Positions 1 through 9,457 of a stretch of 57,366 nt of DNA are shown one piece after another (the first letter of the stretch is position 1; each line of letters begins with the position of its first letter). Origin of the DNA: a virus (lineage: Duplodnaviria > Caudoviricetes); IMG/VR virus record IMGVR_UViG_3300025543_000028, positions 1-57,366 of that record; one strand, 5' to 3'. Below the pieces are notes generated by a model that did no database searches, had not been told where the DNA came from, and saw nothing but the letters and a program-made list of their open reading frames with translations. The position numbers were made by a program, and so were the translations under genes.

Positions 1-2627
1 TAATTGCTTGTTGATGTTTCGTATTGGTCTCTCCAAGATAAGTAATGTTGAAGATTTGATATATCGTCTGTGAAACTTAAATTAAATTGCTGAAAGGACT
101 TGTTTACACTTCCATTAACTGTTAAGTTTCCTGCTACACTAGTATCACCTTCTATAGTTAAAGACTTGTCTTCTCCCACTGTAAGCGCAACTGCTTCTGC
201 GCTAGAACCATTAGGTGTTGTTTTAATTTCTAGTTTAGTTCCACCGTTAGTGCCTGATGCATGGTCTTCTGTAGCTACAGCTTGTATTCTAAGTGTTGAG
301 CCGTCATCATCTTCATTAAAAAAATTAATTATACCTACCACATCTCCACTTGATACTGTAGTGCTTGTATCTACAATGGTAATAGCTGGAGATGAATCTC
401 TTATCTGTAAATCTCCATTAAAATAAGTTCTTGCTATTGACCTCTTAAAATAAATCTGTCGCATAAACACATTGTTATGCATAGTTCCAATAGCAAATTC
501 ATCTGCAGTTTCATTATATACTATTTTAGCTCCGTACTGTGGAGAGTCAACATCGTATGTACCAGTTTCAAAAAATGTAATACCACCACCTGAAGAGTCA
601 TTTCCACTTTGTGCGTCTATAGAAATCCAATTATTACCTGTATCTCCTGTACCTCCAAGCCTTAAGTTACCCTGAATTGTTTTATCACCTGATGTTAAAC
701 CAACTGCAGTAGTTGCTGCTATACCTAAAGCGTCTATATCAGCTTTTGTTTGGTCAGCAGTTGCACCATTTTCAATTCCGTCTAATTTAGTTCCATCTGC
801 CGCTACATCTCTACCGTCTACTGTACCCCCTAAACTCACATTACCATCTTCTGTTACAAGAAATACAACTCCTGTAGCACTATTTCTAACTTCAAAAAAC
901 TGAGTATTTTCGTCATCATCATTATCCAATATAACACTAATGCTACCGTCTGTAGAGATAAGAACATCTCCATCAGTAGGGCCTGATATACCTACAGCAG
1001 TAATTCCTAAAGCATTTATTTCAGCTTGTGTTTGGTCAGCTGTAGCGTTGTCTTCAATGTTATTTAACTTAGTATGGTCTGCGTCAGTAAAGTTATTTTG
1101 TGACAACTCTCCGTCTTGTATGCTATATGTAGTGTTAGTATCTGTAAATACAGCATTAGCAGGCACATTAGTAAGAACTTGACTGTCGTCTACTTTAGCA
1201 TTAAGTGCGTCTTGTAAACCATCAGTCATTGCAATAGTTAAATCTTCGTCTCCAATTGCGTCTTGCTTGGCGTTTAGTGCCGATTGTAAACCCGTAATAA
1301 CTGATATGGCATGATTCGTAGGATGTGTATACACAGTGTCAGTAAAGACTGCATTTGCTGGTACGTTTGTAAGTACCTGGCTGTCATCTACTTTTGCGTC
1401 TAATGCATCTTGCAAACCGTCTGTCTGCTGTATTGTTAGGTCTTCGTTTCCTATAGAGTCTTGCTTTGCATTTAAAGCTGTTTGCAAGCCTGTTATCAAA
1501 GATATGGGGTGACTAGTAGGATGGGTGTATACAGTGTCTGTATAGTTGTTAGAATGTACTGTACCAGCACCATCAACTGTTAAGTCTGGCTTAGCAGTGT
1601 TCGCAGTAATTGCGTTAGCTTGACTAGTTGTAATACCCGTCTTTGCTGTATTAGCTGTAATAGCAGAAGCCTGCTCTGTAGATATTGTAGTTGTATCTCC
1701 TTCTAAAGAAGTGCTACTAGTAGTTCCAAAACCAGGAAAAGATGTTTTACTTGTGTTTACAGTTATTGCAGATGCTTGTGAAGGAGTGATACCTACCTTA
1801 GCTGTGTTGGCAGTTATTTCGTTTGCTTGCGATGTTGATATACCTAACTTTAAAGTATTTGCTGCTACATCAGTGGCTATATCAATACCATCGACTGTTC
1901 CAGATAAAGATAAATTACCACTTTGGTCAAATGATACTATCGTACTACCTGACGTGTTCTGTATATTAAGTTGGTCGTGTGTCTTAATGTTTATATCATC
2001 TCCTGCAGGACCTTCTATAAGAGCAGGGCTACTACCTTCTAACTCTAAATGATTAACTGTTACAGTACCTGCAAGTGTTACATTGTCTTCTATCTTGTTA
2101 CCATCAATAGAGTTGTCTACATATAAGTCTCTAACTATAGTATTGTTAGCAATTTGACCTGCAGTAATACTCTTATCTTCTATTTGGTCTCTTGATATAA
2201 CACCTAGTTCTAATAACTCTTGCGTAATAGCCCCATCAGCTATTTTAGATGCGTCTACAGAGTTGTTTTGTAGCTTATCGCCACTAATAGAGCCATCTGA
2301 TAGCTTGCTTCCTGATACACTATCATCAAGTATCTTGTTACCATATATAGCACCATTGGCTATCTTTGCGTGTGTAACAGAGCTATCTATTATTTCAGGT
2401 GTACCTACAGAATTTGTAGCCATATTAGCTTGCACAACAGAGTCTTCTGCTGAAACACTACCTGTAGCACCTGTATCACCTGTCGGGCCTATTCCCCCCG
2501 TGGCAACATATTGTATACTAGGATTAAGGTTTGAAGCACCAGACACAGAACCTGCCTCTATAACAGATATGTTTACAGTTGGGTCGTCTTTAGCCTGTAT
2601 CTTTATATTTATAATGTTTTCAGCCAC
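1..2627 (-). CDS. Tail fibre protein, 3'-truncated by the window edge (about 875 aa visible; absent from the ORF track)
   Basis: GTG at 2627-2625 overlaps the TAG of the upstream gene. My manual translation stays open to base 1: MAENIINIKIQAKDDPTVNISV..GPTGDTGATG..KIADGAIT-type 10-aa repeats..ITANTAK repeats..KLDGIENGATADQT, typical fibre shaft motifs. Confidence 0.85.
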   Translation of the reverse strand, partial: MAENIINIKIQAKDDPTVNISVIEAGSVSGASNLNPSIQYVATGGIGPTGDTGATGSVSAEDSVVQANMATNSVGTPEIIDSSVTHAKIANGAIYGNKILDDSVSGSKLSDGSISGDKLQNNSVDASKIADGAITQELLELGVISRDQIEDKSITAGQIANNTIVRDLYVDNSIDGNKIEDNVTLAGTVTVNHLELEGSSPALIEGPAGDDINIKTHDQLNIQNTSGSTIVSFDQSGNLSLSGTVDGIDIATDVAANTLKLGISTSQANEITANTAKVGITPSQASAITVNTSKTSFPGFGTTSSTSLEGDTTTISTEQASAITANTAKTGITTSQANAITANTAKPDLTVDGAGTVHSNNYTDTVYTHPTSHPISLITGLQTALNAKQDSIGNEDLTIQQTDGLQDALDAKVDDSQVLTNVPANAVFTDTVYTHPTNHAISVITGLQSALNAKQDAIGDEDLTIAMTDGLQDALNAKVDDSQVLTNVPANAVFTDTNTTYSIQDGELSQNNFTDADHTKLNNIEDNATADQTQAEINALGITAVGISGPTDGDVLISTDGSISVILDNDDDENTQFFEVRNSATGVVFLVTEDGNVSLGGTVDGRDVAADGTKLDGIENGATADQTKADIDALGIAATTAVGLTSGDKTIQGNLRLGGTGDTGNNWISIDAQSGNDSSGGGITFFETGTYDVDSPQYGAKIVYNETADEFAIGTMHNNVFMRQIYFKRSIARTYFNGDLQIRDSSPAITIVDTSTTVSSGDVVGIINFFNEDDDGSTLRIQAVATEDHASGTNGGTKLEIKTTPNGSSAEAVALTVGEDKSLTIEGDTSVAGNLTVNGSVNKSFQQFNLSFTDDISNLQHYLSWRDQYETSTSN
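1141..1536 (-). repeat. Two tandem 198-bp (66-aa) repeats inside the tail fibre gene
   Basis: TDTVYTHPT.H.IS.ITGLQ.ALNAKQD.IG.EDLTI..TDGLQDAL.AKVDDSQVLTNVPANAVF occurs twice. Anchor positions 1141, 1339 and 1537 are 198 bp apart. Confidence 0.9.
1590..1850 (-). repeat. About four copies of an I-x-x-x-Q-A-x-x-I-T-x-N-T-x-K fibre shaft repeat
   Basis: ISTSQANEITANTAK, ITPSQASAITVNTSK, ISTEQASAITANTAK and ITTSQANAITANTAK in my manual translation. Confidence 0.75.
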
Positions 2628-3022
2628 TATATATCTACTACTTTAAGTTTACCAATCATAATAGTATTAGTTACATTGTCTGTTGTTGTTTTTACATAAT
2701 ACTTATATTTATATGTTCCGCTTCTTAACGTTATGTTACTAGCAGGAGCATTAATCTCTAAAGTAGACGTAGAAGATGTTACGTCTATAGTACTACCATG
2801 TATATTTGCGTTATCATTTGTTACTGATGAAAAGCCTAATATTAATATATCATTAGCATCATATACCTCAAATAATGCAACATAATCAGTCGATGATGAA
2901 TCAACAATATTATATATAGTGCCGTCTGTATTTGTAAGCTCTGTTTTTAAATAAAAAGAATCGTTACGTCTAGCTGTAATATCTACAACAGATGCTACGT
3001 CAATTGAAATTTTAGTTGCCAT
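2627..3022 (-). CDS. Tail fibre adaptor-like protein (BppU N-terminal/Ig-like), paralog of 10171..10695
   Basis: 131 aa. Shares ITARRNDSF and a C-terminal G.YKY...G...V pattern with the 174-aa ORF, and sits directly upstream of the fibre gene. Confidence 0.6.
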   Translation of the reverse strand: MATKISIDVASVVDITARRNDSFYLKTELTNTDGTIYNIVDSSSTDYVALFEVYDANDILILGFSSVTNDNANIHGSTIDVTSSTSTLEINAPASNITLRSGTYKYKYYVKTTTDNVTNTIMIGKLKVVDI

Positions 3023-3037
3023 TGTATGTGTTTTGTG

Positions 3038-3045
3038 TAAAGATA
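3038..3045 (-). promoter_or_regulatory. Possible Bacteroidota -7 promoter element variant (TATCTTTA)
   Basis: One mismatch to TAnnTTTG, 15 nt upstream of the ATG at 3022, in a short intergenic gap. Confidence 0.35.
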
Positions 3046-3050
3046 ATAAA

Positions 3051-3989
3051 TTATAGATTTATAAATTTTGCTAAATATGCTTCACCTGGTTGCATATCTT
3101 CAATACCATAAAAATTATATTGTGGAAGTATTTGTGTTCCTTTGTAATCTTTAACTAAGTAAACTTTGTTTTCATCTATAAAAGGCTGTAAATAGTCTTT
3201 GATATTTATATTTGATAATGAATTAAAGGAAATGTATTGCCATCCATTTACGTAATTGGCGTCAATATCATTTATAGTAGAAATTTCATTATATTTTTGA
3301 GCTTTAATTTTAAAAAATATTTTAGTCTTAAGATTTATCTGATAACCATAAAATGGATTTACGCTTTTTATTCCATCAAAATCGTATTCAGGAATGTACG
3401 CATTAGCGCCTGAATTTTTTATTATACCAATAGATTGTTTATATTTTTCTGAGTCTTTAAAAAACAGGGGTATTTCGTCATCTAAACTTTCGTATACATT
3501 ATTTTTAAAAAATAAAGCCATATAATTAAGCTCATAGTTAATATAAGGATTTGTCGATGCATTTGCAGGTTTATAAGTCAAATCTGTATTTGTTGTGTAA
3601 TCAAAACTATCACCTATTACATAACCATCCATATAATTATGAGTCATTGACGCTTTACTTACATCTATAGGGCATGAAAAAAAAGACCATCCTAATGGTA
3701 TTTCATATTGCCAATTAAAGAATTCTACAACATTATCATCTACAATAACTTCATCTACAAACGCTTTTTTAATCTTTTCTTTTACTGTTTTAACATTAAT
3801 ACCTTTAACTGTATTTAGTACATATATAAATTCATTATGCAAAGATAAATCCAAGTCTTTAACATGATTTATTACGGTATGTAAAGACTTAGACAGTGTT
3901 TTAAAATTTAGTTTAGACTTAGTGGTTAGATTTATGTTTAAACCTAAATCTGTATTTGTTACATTTATATTTTTTGTAGATAATATCAT
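3051..3989 (-). CDS. Tail-region protein with two copies of a GW..IKxxxG..Y.PEY.F.GI...G.GY domain
   Basis: 312 aa with internal repeats GWSFF..IIKNSGANAYIPEYDFDGI..GYQI and GWQYI..LVKDYKGTQILPQYNFYGI..PGEAY. Confidence 0.7.
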   Translation of the reverse strand: MILSTKNINVTNTDLGLNINLTTKSKLNFKTLSKSLHTVINHVKDLDLSLHNEFIYVLNTVKGINVKTVKEKIKKAFVDEVIVDDNVVEFFNWQYEIPLGWSFFSCPIDVSKASMTHNYMDGYVIGDSFDYTTNTDLTYKPANASTNPYINYELNYMALFFKNNVYESLDDEIPLFFKDSEKYKQSIGIIKNSGANAYIPEYDFDGIKSVNPFYGYQINLKTKIFFKIKAQKYNEISTINDIDANYVNGWQYISFNSLSNINIKDYLQPFIDENKVYLVKDYKGTQILPQYNFYGIEDMQPGEAYLAKFINL

Positions 3990-4750
3990 AAAATACCAAA
4001 TAATACAGGGTTATAATGTTTAATTGTATATTGTTTTATTATATATTCTTCTAATGTAATAGTAGACAAATTATTTGCAGTTATAACTGAAGGATTCGTA
4101 AATATTATTATCTCTTTATTTGTTGTTGTGTTTTTAAAAAATAATGTAACTACATCGTTGGCTGCAAAACCATCTTTGTTTTCTGTTTGAGAATCTGATA
4201 TAGGACAACTTAAAACAGATACAGAATTTTGTTGAATTTGTGATACAGCTATACTTTCAGTTTGTGCATGTGCTGTACCTTCACTGTCTTTTGCAAGAAT
4301 TATAAAATTGTAATTAAATTTATCTGGTATACTTAATATTGCTTCTATAAATTGTTCTCTTCCAATCATTTCATATTTACCCTCTAAAACATCTTGTATA
4401 AATATAAAATAACCTCTACCCTTATATATTGGAGTTAAATCAATACCTATAAGAGACTCTAAATTAATATCTATTAAAGTCTCTATTTGTTTTAACTTAT
4501 ATAAAGTTACATTTTCTGGTTCTGGTAAAATATTATGTATAAAGTTATAAAAGTTTTCAAAAACTAACTCAAATTTACCATCTGTTGTATTTGTGTTAGC
4601 ATTATCATTTGTAAAACTATTACTATTTAAATTTGGGTTTACTAATATATATTCACCAACAGTACTATTGCTCTTTTCTTTATGTATACGAGAAAACATT
4701 TTTTTTCGTACATCTAAAGTTATTGAAGTTTTAGTTCTGTATGCTTTCAT
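3986..4750 (-). CDS. Hypothetical tail-region protein
   Basis: 254-aa ORF with an ATGA overlap to the downstream gene. No motif recognised. Confidence 0.7.
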   Translation of the reverse strand: MKAYRTKTSITLDVRKKMFSRIHKEKSNSTVGEYILVNPNLNSNSFTNDNANTNTTDGKFELVFENFYNFIHNILPEPENVTLYKLKQIETLIDINLESLIGIDLTPIYKGRGYFIFIQDVLEGKYEMIGREQFIEAILSIPDKFNYNFIILAKDSEGTAHAQTESIAVSQIQQNSVSVLSCPISDSQTENKDGFAANDVVTLFFKNTTTNKEIIIFTNPSVITANNLSTITLEEYIIKQYTIKHYNPVLFGIL

Positions 4751-4756
4751 AATTTA

Positions 4757-5611
4757 TTATGCTATTGAGTTAGTAAAATCTTCAGTTACAAGCAGAGTAA
4801 TTTCGACATCAATTTCAGATTTTATTTGGTAGCCTTCACCTGGAACTACATCACCGATTCCATTATAATTATATTCTGGTAGATAAGCAGCTCCATCATT
4901 ATTTTTGATTATTACCAAGTTGTTTATAACGCTAGCTAAAAGAAAATCTAAACCTTGACTAAACTTTAAGGGAAATCTTATAAAATTCCAACCACTACTT
5001 ATTTTTACATATCCACCAAACTGTACAAAACTATTAGTTATTCCATTAACTGTTGACTGCACAATTATGTGGTCTCTTTTTGATGTCAATTTTAAAGTAA
5101 AACTGATATTGGTTTTAACTTGAAAACTTTCGTACTTACTCATATTACCAATTCCATCATAACTATACTCAGGTAAGTATGCATTACCATTGTTGTCTTT
5201 AGCTATTACAATTTGGTTATCAGCATTAGGAAGTTGAAGTAATTTCGTTATTCCAAAACTATCATGTACCTCTTCAATATATCCTGGCCTATTGAGCTGA
5301 GAGTTGCTTACTTCTGTAGTGTAACCTTTCTTGGTGTAAATATACACGTCACTTTTAGGTATATTGGTGTCAGTTGATATTAAAACATCATTAACAAAGT
5401 ATTGAATTTTAGTTACATCTTCAATTCTACAAGGTAAAGCTATAATATTCCAACCATCTAAAAAAGGTATACTAAAAGTTTCTTCTTCTATTGTAATAGT
5501 GCTATCTACTACTAAAGTCGGTAAAGATAAGTTGATATAACTAACACCATTAATAATGTTATCTATTCTTTCATCTCCTTCTAAATCAGCTATTTTTAAA
5601 ACCCCTGACAT
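4757..5611 (-). CDS. Tail-region protein with two copies of the same GW/PEY domain as 3051..3989
   Basis: 284 aa with GWNII..IAKDNNGNAYLPEYSYDGIG..FQVK and GWNFI..IIKNNDGAAYLPEYNYNGIGDVVPGEGYQIK. Confidence 0.75.
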   Translation of the reverse strand: MSGVLKIADLEGDERIDNIINGVSYINLSLPTLVVDSTITIEEETFSIPFLDGWNIIALPCRIEDVTKIQYFVNDVLISTDTNIPKSDVYIYTKKGYTTEVSNSQLNRPGYIEEVHDSFGITKLLQLPNADNQIVIAKDNNGNAYLPEYSYDGIGNMSKYESFQVKTNISFTLKLTSKRDHIIVQSTVNGITNSFVQFGGYVKISSGWNFIRFPLKFSQGLDFLLASVINNLVIIKNNDGAAYLPEYNYNGIGDVVPGEGYQIKSEIDVEITLLVTEDFTNSIA

Positions 5612-5612
5612 A

Positions 5613-6206
5613 TTATTGTATTAAAAATATATTAGAGGCAGAAACCCCATTTACTTCCATTACTATTTCAGGTATTTCTTTACCATCAATTGCACGTATA
5701 GTATTAACATAGTTTGCTTTAATTTTAAACTTTTCTACAGAAGATGGTTGCGCCCCTATTTTGTATTGAACTACTAATTCAGCTCTGTAAAAATCAATTT
5801 TTCCATTTTTAGGATTAAAAGCTAAATTAAAATTCCAAGTTAAACCACCATTTAAAGTAAATTTTTTTAGAGTTTTATAGTAAGACTTATTAGTGGGCAA
5901 TACCCAAATAGAAGTCATGTTTTGGTAAGTAACATTACCTATTTTGTAAGGATAATAAGAAGGGTATGGAATTGTGTAGTCTGTATCTTCTACATTTACC
6001 ATACCTTCATAATTATAATCCCTTAAATGTATACAAAAACTTGTATAACTATCAGACTCTTGCCAGTTAGATATAATGTTATTTACATATACTTTTTCTA
6101 TTACGGCACTAATTGTTCCTGCGTTTTTAATACCCATTTGGGTTTTTACACCAGGGTCAGTTCCATTCCAATAATTAGTGTTATAATATTGATATATAAA
6201 AGCCAT
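5613..6206 (-). CDS. Tail-region protein, possible ASH-type Ig-like domain
   Basis: 197 aa with IKNAGT..I..V and F.LAFNPK.G..YRAELVVQY, resembling segments of the 1081-aa neighbour. Confidence 0.6.
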   Translation of the reverse strand: MAFIYQYYNTNYWNGTDPGVKTQMGIKNAGTISAVIEKVYVNNIISNWQESDSYTSFCIHLRDYNYEGMVNVEDTDYTIPYPSYYPYKIGNVTYQNMTSIWVLPTNKSYYKTLKKFTLNGGLTWNFNLAFNPKNGKIDFYRAELVVQYKIGAQPSSVEKFKIKANYVNTIRAIDGKEIPEIVMEVNGVSASNIFLIQ

Positions 6207-6210
6207 TTCA

Positions 6211-9200
6211 TTATCCTATATTCATATTAGGTAATTGTATTGTACTTCCAGCTTCATCATCTTCAGAATCAACCACCTGTAAAACACCTTCTGCTGTAAC
6301 CTCACATTTAATTAAATATTTAGAAACGTGCAATCTTGTAGATTCACATGTGCTTGAAGAGCCTGCTGTAGCTAAATCTTCTGTTATATTACCACTACCA
6401 TCAACTGATGGCTCATATCTATTTTTATAATCATTAACAAAATATGTAACCATAAGTTGAGCGTAATAAGCACCTTGGTCTTGAGACGCATTATTTGTAG
6501 GGTCTAAAACAAATTCAACAGCAATTTTATGGAAAAAAGGATGAGAAAGATATTCACCTGTTAGGTCTTTATGAGGCCTTACATAGCTGGCGAGCTGTGG
6601 ATTGGCAACACTATGCGTCATATATTGAGTTGATATATCGTTCGTGCTTCCTGTCCAATCAGAAGGTGATGTCAAATGCTGGTATCCTGCGTATTTATCA
6701 CCACTTACTTCTGCACTAGGTTGCGCACCATAGGTAGAAGTTAAATTACCAAAACTAGGGTTACCGCTTTTTACATAAGCTGCTGTCCACGTAGGCTCAG
6801 CAGAGTTAGCGTGTGGTTTTCTAGTATCTCCTTCGCCTGTAGTACTTCCTTCTGGGAATAACATTTTAGCGTTATCCATGTAATTACCTACGGTATATGT
6901 ACCATGAGATAATTTTAGATTTCTATGACCTATAGAAACTGTTTGAATATAGCAGATGTAATCCCCTGTGTTTTTCACCCCTAAATAACCTTTTGCTTTA
7001 TATGTAGATGTAGTAGTGTCATAAACAGCATCTTCCATTTTAAACAAGAAATTAGCTGCTGGACCAGCTTCATTATAATAATCATTAGGATTAACTGTAT
7101 TTTTAATAAGATTGTTTACAGGATTGTGAAGAACTGTATAGTTTACAGTCGATATATCGTAATCTCTGACGTTTATACCAGTCCAAGCTCCTGGCTTATG
7201 AATAGTCATACCAGCTGCTCCATACCAACCACCTTCTTCGCTTAATACACCACTTCCTGCTGTATATAATTTAGTTTGTATGTCTGCACTTATTGCAGTT
7301 GTACCTTCTTCTTCGTAAAAATTATCTACTGCAATATTTTTCATAGTAGTAGATTGAGAAACATTATTGACAGTATGGTCCAAGCTTAAATTAATTATTT
7401 CGCCATCAATATTAGCTGTTTCTAAATCAACTAATTCTAACCTTGATTGAATTGGTAAAAAATTTAATCTGTAGGCTATGTGCGATACATTATGGTGTCC
7501 TAAACCTTTTGCCCATATAGTATACGGATTAGTTGGATACGCAGGAGTAATTCTAGTAGAAATAACTCCGTAAGGTTCTTCTTTTCCAGGTTCATGGTCT
7601 ACTTTTGTGTAAGTAGCAATTGATACACCTGCATAATTAGGATACAAATGCCCTTTACTAAATTTAGTTACATCTATGTTGTATTTTAAGGCTAAAGTGT
7701 TTGCGTTTACAGCATCAGCTGAAAATACTTGTAATGCAGCATCGGTTGCTACTGTTTCTATCTCAGTTCCCCATATTTGACCACCATTATCCCAAGTAAC
7801 TGAAGTATCATAGTAAGCAGGAAATTTATAAGTACCATTTGCCAAATAATCGTGCTCCAATGCTATACTATTATCATTAGCTTGTTGCAAGTTTATACCA
7901 GCTGTGTTAATTTTATATGCATCATCAGCATTATTGTCAAAATTATTATATCTAAAATACACAGCTAAAGTTGTCATTTTATCTCTAAACATAGGTCCTG
8001 TTGTACTAGAAATATATGGACCTTCAGTGCTTTGGTTTAAAGTTAAAAAAGTATTAAAACTGTTATCATTCCAATCTATTTCACTTGGCAATTTTTTATT
8101 GTCAGCATGTAAATTTTTTTCATCTTCAGACATTGTAAGTTTATTATAAAACCCTGTACGTACTGAAAAAACAAACGATTCGTTATTCGTGCCAGGAGCT
8201 GTAAGCTGTGGAGAATTAATGTTTCGAATTGCATTAAAATAGTAATGTGTTTTTAATGTAATGTCTGCCGCTGTAACGTGTTCATAATCCGCAGCATCAC
8301 TAGCACCTATCCAATTTCTGTGTGATGACCTTATGTTAATCAATTCAGGTGCATCAGAGTCATTTCTGAATTCAAAATTTTTATAAACATTTGGTGCTAC
8401 CTCCATCGCAGTTATTGTAACATTTGGTCCTTCATTTTCTAGAGTTCCACAACTACCAACTTCAGTTATAGTACCACGTATATGTTTATATGATTCATTT
8501 AACCTCTCTCGTAAAAAATAATTACCGATTTCATTGCTGGCCAAACCATAACCGTCTAAAGTTACGTTTCGATATGAAAAAAATGCTTTAGTATAAATCC
8601 CCATAGCTTCAAAAGTATATTCACCTGGTGTTGTACTTATATCAGTAAATTTTAAAGTTTTACTGTCAGTTCCCCAGTCATATCCTGTTGGATGATAACC
8701 TAAATTAAATTCACCTTCATCATTAATTACACCACTTGTAGCAGTAAATGTATCAGTTGCTCCTGGATTATCAGTAGCAGTACCTACAACTGCGGCAAAA
8801 ATTAAATCATTTGCAGAAACACCATTAAATGTAATTACTTTTTCGTTATAACTATTACCAATTGTAAGCTGCATTGGATTGTCAATAAGGTCTTGTTCAC
8901 TAAAAGAAGTTGTTGGTTTATACCTAGCTATAAAAGTTGCGTAACTGTTTGGTGGTATTGGGTTATTAATTATATCGAGTGTTTTGTAAAAAGTTCCTAT
9001 TTTAAATGAACCTACTGCATTAAAAGTAGAATCCCATGGTAATTCACCAACATTAGAAACAAATAATCCATAATGCCCTACTATTCCAGACGCTAAGCTT
9101 GCTGCAGATACAAGCTGTGCATTTGTTACACCTGTAGCTGTTGCAGTTAAACCTCCTGCATTCGGAGCTTTTATTACATTGTTCGCTTGTCCATCAGGCC

Positions 9201-9456
9201 CCATGTGTAATAAAGATTGACCATCTTCTATAAAGTCTAAAGTAAAATGCTCATTAAAGGCTGCATTACCTTCTATACTATTAATTAAAAGGTTTTCTCC
9301 TGAGTCTGTTGCTGTGTTTTTTAAAACAAAAACTAAAAAAGCAGTTTGTATGTTGTTGCTATCTGAAGAAACAAAAATATCAAAATCATTATCACTATTA
9401 GTTGATAAATCAAATTTTGATTGTGCATTTCCTGATATTAGTGGGTAATTAGCCAT
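6211..9456 (-). CDS. Large tail spike/fibre-associated protein with putative Ig-like domains
   Basis: 1081 aa, T/N/G/S-rich beta-type composition. Contains LKNTA..LLINSI..ATFIARYKPT and VKNTGD..I..VSI..FVLDPT..GAYYAQLMVTY. Confidence 0.7.
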   Translation of the reverse strand: MANYPLISGNAQSKFDLSTNSDNDFDIFVSSDSNNIQTAFLVFVLKNTATDSGENLLINSIEGNAAFNEHFTLDFIEDGQSLLHMGPDGQANNVIKAPNAGGLTATATGVTNAQLVSAASLASGIVGHYGLFVSNVGELPWDSTFNAVGSFKIGTFYKTLDIINNPIPPNSYATFIARYKPTTSFSEQDLIDNPMQLTIGNSYNEKVITFNGVSANDLIFAAVVGTATDNPGATDTFTATSGVINDEGEFNLGYHPTGYDWGTDSKTLKFTDISTTPGEYTFEAMGIYTKAFFSYRNVTLDGYGLASNEIGNYFLRERLNESYKHIRGTITEVGSCGTLENEGPNVTITAMEVAPNVYKNFEFRNDSDAPELINIRSSHRNWIGASDAADYEHVTAADITLKTHYYFNAIRNINSPQLTAPGTNNESFVFSVRTGFYNKLTMSEDEKNLHADNKKLPSEIDWNDNSFNTFLTLNQSTEGPYISSTTGPMFRDKMTTLAVYFRYNNFDNNADDAYKINTAGINLQQANDNSIALEHDYLANGTYKFPAYYDTSVTWDNGGQIWGTEIETVATDAALQVFSADAVNANTLALKYNIDVTKFSKGHLYPNYAGVSIATYTKVDHEPGKEEPYGVISTRITPAYPTNPYTIWAKGLGHHNVSHIAYRLNFLPIQSRLELVDLETANIDGEIINLSLDHTVNNVSQSTTMKNIAVDNFYEEEGTTAISADIQTKLYTAGSGVLSEEGGWYGAAGMTIHKPGAWTGINVRDYDISTVNYTVLHNPVNNLIKNTVNPNDYYNEAGPAANFLFKMEDAVYDTTTSTYKAKGYLGVKNTGDYICYIQTVSIGHRNLKLSHGTYTVGNYMDNAKMLFPEGSTTGEGDTRKPHANSAEPTWTAAYVKSGNPSFGNLTSTYGAQPSAEVSGDKYAGYQHLTSPSDWTGSTNDISTQYMTHSVANPQLASYVRPHKDLTGEYLSHPFFHKIAVEFVLDPTNNASQDQGAYYAQLMVTYFVNDYKNRYEPSVDGSGNITEDLATAGSSSTCESTRLHVSKYLIKCEVTAEGVLQVVDSEDDEAGSTIQLPNMNIG

Positions 9457-9457
9457 G

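Noticed and set aside
100-2646. Plus-strand ORFs 100..426, 472..675, 940..1182, 1711..2052 and 2263..2646
   Set aside because: They are antisense shadows of the minus-strand fibre gene, with S/V/L-rich composition and no credible starts.
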